Origin: a virus
Strand: one strand, 5' to 3'
Virus record (IMG/VR): IMGVR_UViG_3300020439_001360
Location: 4,034 to 68,033 of that record
DNA length: 64,000 bases
A model generated the notes under the pieces. The model was not told the origin of the DNA. It saw nothing but the letters and a program-made list of their open reading frames with translations, and searched no databases. Positions within the stretch are counted from its first letter, which is position 1. Every line of letters begins with the position of its first letter. A program made the translations under genes and the position numbers. Below are positions 56,901 to 64,000 of this stretch, one piece after another.

Positions 56901-58931
56901 TATATCAGATATCAGTCTGGTAAAGGTATTATGTATACCACTGGTGCTCTGTTCGCACCTTCTTATGACTTGAGAAGTGTTGCTGCAGATGGCACCGCAA
57001 TTGGTAGTATCATCACTTGCGTCACCGACGACCTCAACCACGGTCTACAGGTTGGTGCAGAAATTCAATTGACTGGTCTGACCACAGCAGGATATAACGA
57101 TCACTATACTGTAGCATCGGTTATTGATGAAATCACATTTACTGTCATTGCGAAGAATAGTCTAGCATCTGCACAAGCATCATTCGGTGATCAACCTTCT
57201 GTTGCTCTGTATAGATGGCAAGGTGCTACGGTTCGTGCTGGCGCATTTGATGACCAGAACGGTATCTTCTTCCAGTATGACGGAACAAACATCGCAGTTG
57301 GTTTAAGATCCTCTACTTACCAAATTGCTGGTACAGTATCTGCTTCACCAGACTCCAACCAACTTACTGGAAACAATACCAAGTTTACCGAACAGTTGTC
57401 TGTTGGTGACAGAATTGTCATTCGTGGCATGTCTCATGTCGTTACCGATATTCAAGGAGACACACTATTATCAATCAACCCAGACTTTAGAGGCGTTGCT
57501 AATGCAATTAATGTTAAAGCAGCACTGACCAAAGAAATCATTATTCCACAGAATGAGTGGAACATTGATAGATGTGATGGCACTGGTAAGTCTGGATATG
57601 ACATCGAGATCAACAGAATGCAGATGATCGGATTCCAGTATACCTGGTACGGTGCTGGATTCATTGACTGGATGTTCAGAGGTCCATCTGGTAACTTCGT
57701 CTTCTGCCACAGACTCAAGAACAACAACAGAAACAACGAAGCGTTCATGCGTTCTGGTAACCTACCTGTTCGCTATGAGGTTATCAACGAAGGTGCGAAG
57801 AACAAACTACAATCAGCACTGTCATCTTCAGAAACCGATTCTATGGTACTAAAGGATGCATCATTGTTCCCAGCAAGTGGTACTGTATTGATCAATAACG
57901 AGATTGTTAGATACACCGCTAAATTAAATAATACTCTGACTGGTCTAACTAGATCCGCAAACTACACCAACTTCGTTGCTGGTTCTCAAAGAACCTTCCT
58001 TGCAGGTAGTGCAGACGACCACAATGCTAACGCTGGTGTTATCTTACTATCCAACACAGCAACTCCACAGATTAATCACTGGGGTTCTGCATTCCTGACT
58101 GATGGTGGATTCGATGAAGATCGTGGATACCTATTCAACTATCAGGAAAAAGAGATTGAGATTACAACCACGAAATCTACTATCTTCCTGATTAGACTGT
58201 CGCCTAGCGTTTCTAACGCTATCACTGGTGACCTAGGTGAAAGAGAACTCATCAACAGAGCACAGTTGCTCCTCAAGAATATTGAGATTACTACACAGGG
58301 TGGTAACAGTTCTCAAGGTATTATTATTGAGGGTGTTCTTAATCCCAAGAACTATCCAACTAATCCAAATGACGTTACCTGGGCAGGTTTGAATACAGGC
58401 GGTGCGGGTGGACAACCATCATTCGCACAGATTGCATCTGGTGGTGATATTACATTCGTTGGTGGTACTGCTCCAATCAGTGCTACTAACGCTGGAACTC
58501 AAAACTACTCTTCCAACTATGTCTTCTTCAATACATCAGACATCGGTGGTGTACAGATTGGTTTTGGTGTAACTGGTGGTGACTTGAGAGGTGGTACTAC
58601 TGTTGTTAACATTTTCAGAAGAAATAGCAGTACAACTTGGATCCAGTTCTCTGACAGAACTAGAGCAGGAGGAGCAGGATCTTCCACATATGTGTTTGAA
58701 CCACTGACTGGCGCAGCAACTCCTGGTGAGCAGGTCTTCGCTTTCACTGCATCTCCTGGATCCAGAGACACCATCGATCTTTCTGAACTGAAGGAACTTA
58801 CCAATACTCCAATCGGCGGTAGAGGTACATTCCCCAACGGTCCAGACGTACTAGCGATTAATGCGTATCTAACTTCTGGTAACGCAATTAACGCAACGAT
58901 TAACGTTCGCTGGTCTGAAGCACAGGCATAA
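53910..58931 (+). CDS. Large virion structural / tail-fibre protein, 1673 aa
   Basis: DADFEYG.QPTKW; repeated I.G..LGG.SP.ND..I.V; RQSKKYIRYQSGKG; WYGAG; RSGNLPVRYEV. Confidence 0.78.
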   Translation: MAKRQIRDYVFSPGIAGVGTLKILDKVDVDQILIITNATSNQFLYNFSDPSLPISVEFTSTSDGSDPDFPYSNTLSNGVTTITFLYDTSAQFATDKILIFVEAEEQRTRPYDFGTDAIERMRFAEPQSMLDADFEYGIQPTKWQSLDLLRGYPSIYEVPGSDIGLVAVTTDASAGSGAIGPSKITVDTVLDHGLDVGDPISIKGLDDAVSGFAKAEGSFIIDSVPSTTQFTYYAKAKVGTTPATALLSSFTVLKQAGFYTGAAIGTNPVFSVVTNGASGSFQTRGSNPQGTTRLGVQPGSTLPPIGAPLSGIGVPTGTQVTSVISTNTTLNITDSFTAPVSEITFNDTAAIEVGSALDDGSGNAIFVTNISGNVVTLSSPYQIDKTGNSFVSQPTAATPVNFGQGVGAQFDITRENGVYSTVVINTQNYYNNVSGAYSGQLGSGAAFVVERTGGATPSYVNVFTVQSGTDYSPTETITISGTDLGGDASTNDLTITIDTVGVNGEITGLSFAGVASNKLNAAGTGYSQGEDLVVYGNALGGTSPLNDMVISITSVGVDGEILGFNVTGFGVPSTSFYSGIEQNATSGSGINAGFNIERVGTGSATAQVDDVVIGGSIEADDTFRITIDGTNDYSYTAQTGDTIVAVRNGLIAAINDPDTGSTTVQATTGATSDTLDITALNPGTAFTIAVLTEDQGGNPADTQTMTTNNVIPNNTSTSTPAYNVVISNPGQSYANSDTITINGEQLGGSTGVNDLTITVQTVNAQGGITGITIAGTPWDGNQTFLNMNPNPVAFNATFIPRISSGNYTPEISNAGEGYKLGYQFVIPGTSLGGTSPTNDMTITVDDVDATGAIQLASATGTPVSGDTIAFFPAVSLSAATTNIIGANATVTYSAIAKINVQFTSNHGLVPGDTVLTSITSNGSGHDLASGPFFVDEVPGLDNFTFTARSTGNVSSGITGVVYPRTDSFYTHRPFDGGVQLGTGSPAHGAQAVRQSKKYIRYQSGKGIMYTTGALFAPSYDLRSVAADGTAIGSIITCVTDDLNHGLQVGAEIQLTGLTTAGYNDHYTVASVIDEITFTVIAKNSLASAQASFGDQPSVALYRWQGATVRAGAFDDQNGIFFQYDGTNIAVGLRSSTYQIAGTVSASPDSNQLTGNNTKFTEQLSVGDRIVIRGMSHVVTDIQGDTLLSINPDFRGVANAINVKAALTKEIIIPQNEWNIDRCDGTGKSGYDIEINRMQMIGFQYTWYGAGFIDWMFRGPSGNFVFCHRLKNNNRNNEAFMRSGNLPVRYEVINEGAKNKLQSALSSSETDSMVLKDASLFPASGTVLINNEIVRYTAKLNNTLTGLTRSANYTNFVAGSQRTFLAGSADDHNANAGVILLSNTATPQINHWGSAFLTDGGFDEDRGYLFNYQEKEIEITTTKSTIFLIRLSPSVSNAITGDLGERELINRAQLLLKNIEITTQGGNSSQGIIIEGVLNPKNYPTNPNDVTWAGLNTGGAGGQPSFAQIASGGDITFVGGTAPISATNAGTQNYSSNYVFFNTSDIGGVQIGFGVTGGDLRGGTTVVNIFRRNSSTTWIQFSDRTRAGGAGSSTYVFEPLTGAATPGEQVFAFTASPGSRDTIDLSELKELTNTPIGGRGTFPNGPDVLAINAYLTSGNAINATINVRWSEAQA

Positions 58932-58940
58932 GGAGCACAC

Positions 58941-59771
58941 ATGGCAGAACCCTCTAGTAGACAAGAACTCAAGGAGTATTGTTTGAGGCGTCTCGGTCAT
59001 CCAGTTCTCGAAATCAACGTAGATGACGATCAACTCGATGACCTGATTGACGACGCTTTTCAATACTACCGTGAGCGACACATGGATGGTGTCGAGAAGA
59101 TGTATCTCAAGCATGAGATTACAGCAGATGATGTGACAAGATTTGATGGTGCAGATGAAACATCATCAACACCAGCTCCTGATGCTGCTACTTGGATTAG
59201 TAGAAAGAACTTCATTGAAGTGCCAGAGCACGTAGTTGGCATCTCTAAAGTTATGGGCATCTCCTCCAACTTTGCGAGGAACAATCTTTTTGGTATGAAC
59301 AACCAGTATTTCCTGATGGATATATTTTCCTTCTCGTCAGGATTTGCTTTTGGTAACTTCGACATGACGAACTACTACATGATCAAGCAGTATTTTGAAA
59401 CGCTTGACATGATTGTTCAGACTGGATCTCTGGTGCAGTTTAGATTTAACCAGAGACAGGACAGACTATTCATTGATATCGATAAGCACAGAATGGTAGA
59501 AGGTAACTTCCTCCTAATCGAGTGCTATCGTTTCTTGAATCCTGATGACTTTACTCAAGTCTACAATGATAGTTTTGTCAAGCAGTATCTAACTGCGCTG
59601 ATCAAGAGACAGTGGGGTCAAAACCTAATCAAGTTTAACAACGTACAACTGCCTGGTGGTGTATCACTTAACGGCAGACAGTTGTTTGAGGATGCACAGA
59701 AAGAGATCGATGCTCTCATGGAAAAAAGTGCAACCTACTATGAGCTTCCCCCAATGGATATGATCGGATGA
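58941..59771 (+). CDS. gp13: Neck protein gp13
   Basis: P.SRQELKEYCLRRLG.PVLEINVDDDQ, K.Y.TALIKRQWGQNL.KF..VQLPGG..LNG. Confidence 0.95.
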   Translation: MAEPSSRQELKEYCLRRLGHPVLEINVDDDQLDDLIDDAFQYYRERHMDGVEKMYLKHEITADDVTRFDGADETSSTPAPDAATWISRKNFIEVPEHVVGISKVMGISSNFARNNLFGMNNQYFLMDIFSFSSGFAFGNFDMTNYYMIKQYFETLDMIVQTGSLVQFRFNQRQDRLFIDIDKHRMVEGNFLLIECYRFLNPDDFTQVYNDSFVKQYLTALIKRQWGQNLIKFNNVQLPGGVSLNGRQLFEDAQKEIDALMEKSATYYELPPMDMIG

Positions 59772-60646
59772 AAAGTATCTACTTCCCGCAACATGGTGGT
59801 GTTAACACCGAGCAGAACCTTATCCAAAGTTTAGTGGATGAGCAGATCAAATTGTTCGGTAGCGATGTCTACTATCTTCCAAGGAAGATGATCAAAGATG
59901 TAGCACTCAATGACATCCTGTATTCCGAGTTTAAGACTCAATACATGATTGAGATGTTACTGATCAATGTTGAGGGGTTTGGATCACCATCCGAATTCAT
60001 CAGTAAGTTTGGTCTACGTATCACTGATGAGATCACAATGGTGGTGTCACAGAACAGGTGGAGTCAGGTATTCCAAGAGTTTGCTGACATCACCACTGTA
60101 GATGGTAGACCTAATGAAGGCGACCTTATCTATCTACCACTCACAGAAGACCTGTATGAGATTAAGTTTGTAGAAAGAGAGGCACCATTCTACCAGTTAG
60201 GTAAGAACTACATTTATACAATGACTGCCGAGATCTACGAACTTGGTAACGATGAGTTCGAGACAGGTATCGAAGAGATTGATGTCATTGAAGAAGTCTT
60301 TGCACCTTCTATTACAATTGCTATGGATCCTGAAGCTACCACACACTATTCTCTAGGAGAGACTGTGACTGGTGGCACGACAGGAACTACAGCAGAAGTT
60401 TCGTTCTGGGATAGAGATACCCACGAACTCAAACTTATCAATAGAAATGGCAACTTTACTCCTGGCGAAACTATCACTGGAGCAGAGAGTGGCACTGTAC
60501 AAGACAGCGTTACAGTAGACAATCTATCACTAGAAAATGTTCAGTACGCTGATAATAAATACATTGAGACTACGGCTAATGATCTACTTGACTTTACCGA
60601 AGTGAATCCATTTGGAGAGTATGGCAACGTTACTGGTGAATTCTGA
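59768..60646 (+). CDS. gp14: Neck protein gp14
   Basis: EQNL...LV.EQIK.FG.DVYYLPR, SKFGL, RPNEGDLIY.P, PFYQLGK, DFTE.NPFG. Confidence 0.95.
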   Translation: MKSIYFPQHGGVNTEQNLIQSLVDEQIKLFGSDVYYLPRKMIKDVALNDILYSEFKTQYMIEMLLINVEGFGSPSEFISKFGLRITDEITMVVSQNRWSQVFQEFADITTVDGRPNEGDLIYLPLTEDLYEIKFVEREAPFYQLGKNYIYTMTAEIYELGNDEFETGIEEIDVIEEVFAPSITIAMDPEATTHYSLGETVTGGTTGTTAEVSFWDRDTHELKLINRNGNFTPGETITGAESGTVQDSVTVDNLSLENVQYADNKYIETTANDLLDFTEVNPFGEYGNVTGEF

Positions 60647-61455
60647 TGTTAGGACCACATTTTTATAACGAAGCGATTAGGAAAACAGTAATCGGTTTCG
60701 GTACACTATTCAACAATATTGAAATCAGGAAGAAAGATCCTTCTACTGGAACTGTGATTGAAGCAGAGAAGGTTCCTCTTGCTTATGGTCCCAAGCAAAA
60801 ATTTCTAGCAAGACTAGAACAGAACCCTGACGTTGATAAGAAGATCGCGATCACTTTGCCTCGTCTCTATTTTGAGATGACAAATATTTCTTATGACACA
60901 TCTAGAAAAATCACAGCAACCCAAAAGCTTAAGAAGACTATTGATGCAGATGGAGAATCCCTCTCTGTACAATACGTGCCCGTACCCTATAACATGGAGT
61001 TTGAACTCGGAATCATCGCCAAGTCACAAGACGACGGACTACAGATTCTTGAGCAAATACTTCCGTTCTTCCAACCAAATTTCAACATTACGTTGAACAT
61101 GATCCCAGACATGGGAGAGAAGAAGGATATCACTATCAACCTAAACAACATCAACTATGAAGATGATTGGGACGGTGACTTCCTAGACAGAAGAAGCATT
61201 GTGTGGACGTTGAACTTCACTGCTAGATCTTTCATCTACGGTCCTTTCACCAAGTCTGGTGTTATCAAGAAGGCAACAATTATCGAAGCAACTGGAGACA
61301 AGAATGGATCTCCAGAGAACAGACATACACAACTTACATACACACCCAAGGCACTGGAAGACAAAAACCAGGATGGTGTTATCGATGCACAAGACGACGC
61401 ACTTGTCATCAGTACAGACGACTTTGGATTTAACGAGGGTATTGATTTGTTATGA
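60646..61455 (+). CDS. gp15: Tail sheath stabilizer / tail terminator gp15
   Basis: FYNE.IRK.VI.FGTLFNNI, VPLAYGPKQKFLARL, PVPYN, QILEQILPFFQP. Confidence 0.95.
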   Translation: MLGPHFYNEAIRKTVIGFGTLFNNIEIRKKDPSTGTVIEAEKVPLAYGPKQKFLARLEQNPDVDKKIAITLPRLYFEMTNISYDTSRKITATQKLKKTIDADGESLSVQYVPVPYNMEFELGIIAKSQDDGLQILEQILPFFQPNFNITLNMIPDMGEKKDITINLNNINYEDDWDGDFLDRRSIVWTLNFTARSFIYGPFTKSGVIKKATIIEATGDKNGSPENRHTQLTYTPKALEDKNQDGVIDAQDDALVISTDDFGFNEGIDLL

Positions 61456-61889
61456 ACGAATTTGAAAAGAACATGGAAGATATCTTTGATATCGAAGTTG
61501 AATCTGAAGAGGTTGCGATCGAAGCATCACAACCATCCAAACCAGTTCCTGAAAAGAAAGAGCAGTCTCACCAGGATAAAGACTACGAATATTCTAGAGC
61601 ACAACTGTACAACCTTATTGACAAGGGTCAGGAGGCGCTCAACGGGGCGTTAGAGGTAGCGCAGGAGTCAGGGCACCCAAGAGCATATGAGGTTGCTGTG
61701 AACGCCATGAAGCAGGTTGCAGACACCACTGACAAACTGATTGACTTACAAAAGAAAATGAAAGACCTGGATGCACCTACGAAGGGTCCTACACAAAACA
61801 CCACAAACAATCTATTTGTTGGTAGCACAGCAGACTTGCAAAAGATGCTAAAGCAAATAAATAAAAAGGAAGATGATACGGATTCATAA
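61452..61889 (+). CDS. gp16: Terminase small subunit gp16
   Basis: DYEYSR..LY.LI.KGQEA, A.ESGHPRAYEV, NNLFVGSTADLQKML. Confidence 0.95.
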   Translation: MNEFEKNMEDIFDIEVESEEVAIEASQPSKPVPEKKEQSHQDKDYEYSRAQLYNLIDKGQEALNGALEVAQESGHPRAYEVAVNAMKQVADTTDKLIDLQKKMKDLDAPTKGPTQNTTNNLFVGSTADLQKMLKQINKKEDDTDS

Positions 61890-61891
61890 AT

Positions 61892-62173
61892 ATGAAGTCG
61901 TTTAAGCAACTGCGTAGTGACATCACCGAAGCAGCCTGGACCCGAAAGGAAGGTAAGAAAAAGTCTGGAGGACTCAACGAGAAAGGAAGAAAGTCTTACG
62001 AAAGAGAGAATCCTGGATCAGACCTCAAGGCACCAAGCAAGAAGGTTGGAAACCCCCGCAGGGCATCCTTCTGCGCTCGAATGAAGGGCATGAAAAAGAA
62101 GTTAACCAGCAAGAAAACTGCCAACGATAAGGACAGTAGAATCAATAAGTCACTTCGTGCGTGGAATTGCTGA
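61892..62173 (+). CDS. Small basic protein (DUF6321-like)
   Basis: AAW.RKEGK..SGGLN.KGR.SY, RR.SFCARM.GM, SRINKSLR.W.C. Confidence 0.78.
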   Translation: MKSFKQLRSDITEAAWTRKEGKKKSGGLNEKGRKSYERENPGSDLKAPSKKVGNPRRASFCARMKGMKKKLTSKKTANDKDSRINKSLRAWNC

Positions 62174-62234
62174 CATAACATGTAAAAACATTGTTAAATT
62201 TGTTGAATATTGATTGAGTATCCTATAATTAGTT

Positions 62235-62402
62235 ATGAGTTTTGAACCTGAAATGCGTCTTAACGACACCGACATCTACCGTCTGATCACTGCCTGTAAA
62301 CTCTACCAAGAGAAGACAGGTTCAGAGTATATGTGGGAACAATATGATGATCTTATTAATAAGCTCAAAACTTATCAAGATCAATATTCGACAAACACAT
62401 GA
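62235..62402 (+). CDS. Small hypothetical protein, 55 aa (not in ORF track)
   Basis: MSFEPEMRLNDTDIYRLITACKLYQEKTGSEYMWEQYDDLINKLKTYQDQYSTNT*; stop overlaps the petE ATG; TATAAT at 62224. Confidence 0.7.
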   Translation: MSFEPEMRLNDTDIYRLITACKLYQEKTGSEYMWEQYDDLINKLKTYQDQYSTNT

Positions 62403-62722
62403 GAATTTTATTCGCTTTTCTCGCGACACTATTTCTCGCCGCTCCTGCGTGGGCAGTAGATGTACAGATGGGTTCCAACGGGAACCTAGTTTTCGATCCA
62501 GCAGAAGTTACTATTTCAGCTGGTGAGTCGGTTCATTTCGTCAACAACATGCTTCCACCCCACAATGTTATTGTTGAGGACCACCCCGAACTGGATCACG
62601 AAGCACTCGCATTGTTACCTGGTGAAGAGTTTGATGTAACCTTCACAGAGGCAGGAGACTACACCTACTGGTGTGCTCCACATAAAGGTGCAGGCATGAT
62701 CGGCACTGTACATGTAGAATAA
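62399..62722 (+). CDS. petE: Plastocyanin
   Basis: Signal peptide (..APAWA), LVFDP, PHNV and YWCAPHKGAGM type-1 copper ligands. Confidence 0.95.
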   Translation: MRILFAFLATLFLAAPAWAVDVQMGSNGNLVFDPAEVTISAGESVHFVNNMLPPHNVIVEDHPELDHEALALLPGEEFDVTFTEAGDYTYWCAPHKGAGMIGTVHVE

Positions 62723-63228
62723 TGCAAACAATCAACAGGTTCGTTTTAGATATCACTGTTGCAATATTAGATTTTCTCTACCAAGGTAGGGACTATCAAC
62801 GCTTTTGGGTGCTTGAGGAAATCGCTCGGGCACCCTATTTTGCGTTCTTAAGCGTGTTACATTTTCGCGAGAGCATGGGACTTCGCGGTCCCGAGCATCT
62901 ATATTTGATGAAACAACACTTCGAGCAGAGCGTCAATGAAACAGAACATCTGGAATATATGGAATCTAGGGGCGGTAATCTTTATTTTATCGATCGCTTT
63001 GTTGCCAAGCACCTCGTCCTTATCTACTATTGGACTAACGTGGTTTATTATTGGGTATCTCCTCGCCTTGCTTACCATCTCTCCTACGAGGTAGAGATTC
63101 ATGCAGCAGAAACTTACGGTAAGTTTCTTGCTTTGCATGGGCATGACGACAAGATCCTTGAGATCTTGAATGATGAACTACACCACTCAAAAGAACTGAA
63201 GGATGCTATGGAGATGATTCATGTTTAA
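62722..63228 (+). CDS. ptox: Plastoquinol terminal oxidase
   Basis: RFWVLEEIARAPYF, NETEHL, EVEIHAAETY, DELHH di-iron motifs. Confidence 0.93.
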   Translation: MQTINRFVLDITVAILDFLYQGRDYQRFWVLEEIARAPYFAFLSVLHFRESMGLRGPEHLYLMKQHFEQSVNETEHLEYMESRGGNLYFIDRFVAKHLVLIYYWTNVVYYWVSPRLAYHLSYEVEIHAAETYGKFLALHGHDDKILEILNDELHHSKELKDAMEMIHV

Positions 63229-63439
63229 GAACTGGGGCAAAGGTATAGAACCACCCGAACGACTAACTAGAGATGATGTGCAGGAGATGATCGATGATGC
63301 CATACGCAAACATAATCGTAATGCTTCAATTATCTCAATGTGTGTTGGTTGGCTTGTTCTTGCACTTTTTGCTGAAGGTCTTCTTCGACTCATTGGAGTA
63401 ATACCACCGCTACTACCATGGTTGAAAATAACATTATAG
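63221..63439 (+). CDS. Small membrane protein
   Basis: EMIDDAIRKHNRNASIISM followed by a hydrophobic segment. Confidence 0.72.
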   Translation: MFKNWGKGIEPPERLTRDDVQEMIDDAIRKHNRNASIISMCVGWLVLALFAEGLLRLIGVIPPLLPWLKITL

Positions 63440-63606
63440 TAATAGAATGGATAGGCATTATCCTTGCCTTGGTATTTGGCGTGACCATGTTCTGTCAAGG
63501 TCATGCTATTTTCCATGGTAAATATGGGTATAAACACACAGAGCGTGAGAAGAAAAAAATGTCTGACGCTCGTGAACAAGTTGAAAATTTATTCAAAGAC
63601 AAATGA
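63418..63606 (+). CDS. Small membrane protein
   Basis: N-terminal hydrophobic helix, QGH.IFHGKYGYKH; stop overlaps the gnd start. Confidence 0.68.
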   Translation: MVENNIIVIEWIGIILALVFGVTMFCQGHAIFHGKYGYKHTEREKKKMSDAREQVENLFKDK

Positions 63607-64000
63607 AAGTAGGACTAATCGGTTTAGGTAGGATGGGCGAAGGCATGTCCCGCCGTATGTTGAAAACAGGTATTGAAGTTTATGGTTACCGAAGAAATGT
63701 CGCCAAGGCACAAGAAGCAGCAGCGAACGGGTATATTACTGCAGCTGCAGATTCTTTGGAAAGCCTTGTTCAAGTAGTACACCAAGATGATACTGCTGGC
63801 ATTGTTCCTGGTATCTTTCAACTCGTCATCCCCGCAGAACTAGTAGAGGACACACTCAATGAGCTACTACCACTTTGTATGGAGGGTGATATTATTATTG
63901 ATCATGGCAATTCCAATTTTAAGGACTCTAGACGCAGGGCAGAAAGGTTGTCTAAACTGGGCATCCAATATCTTGACTGTGGTACTAGTGGTGGTGTTTA
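63603..64000 (+). CDS. gnd: 6-phosphogluconate dehydrogenase, 5' part (runs off the window; not in ORF track)
   Basis: MKVGLIGLGRMG.GMSRR...GDIIIDHGNSNFKDSRRRAERL...YLDCGTSGGV. Confidence 0.93.
   Translation, partial: MKVGLIGLGRMGEGMSRRMLKTGIEVYGYRRNVAKAQEAAANGYITAAADSLESLVQVVHQDDTAGIVPGIFQLVIPAELVEDTLNELLPLCMEGDIIIDHGNSNFKDSRRRAERLSKLGIQYLDCGTSGGV

Noticed and set aside
62344-62526. 60-aa ORF overlapping petE
   Set aside because: Alternative frame across two better-supported genes.
63624-63821. 63-aa minus-strand ORF
   Set aside because: Antisense to the clearly recognisable gnd.
1-64000. tRNA, rRNA or structured ncRNA genes
   Set aside because: Intergenic gaps are short and none showed a cloverleaf or other recognisable RNA; a covariance-model scan would be needed to exclude them.

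Overview
A 64-kb segment of a T4-like cyanobacterial myovirus (Synechococcus/Prochlorococcus-type) genome, almost entirely on the + strand. In order it holds: PAAR and baseplate genes (gp25, gp6, a giant gp7-like gene, gp8, VrlC-like); a long block of fibre and virion-appendage genes including an S8 protease; three Cys/Gly-rich adhesin-like paralogs; a sugar-modification cassette (GT9-like glycosyltransferase, carbamoyltransferase, split HldE-like nucleotidyltransferase and kinase, cupin, HldD-like epimerase); neck and tail-completion genes gp13-15; small terminase gp16; and an auxiliary metabolic island (petE, PTOX, start of gnd). T4-type late promoters (TATAAATA) and two intrinsic terminators are visible. 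Two signals stand out. (1) The repeat-coding parts of the 2312-aa gene are almost free of TAA/TAG/TGA in all three forward frames: I found 2 in about 3 kb by eye. (2) An ADP-heptose-like and carbamoylation pathway sits inside the tail-fibre module beside Cys-rich adhesins, suggesting a virion glycosylation system. All family calls come from motif recognition by eye; no database searches were run.
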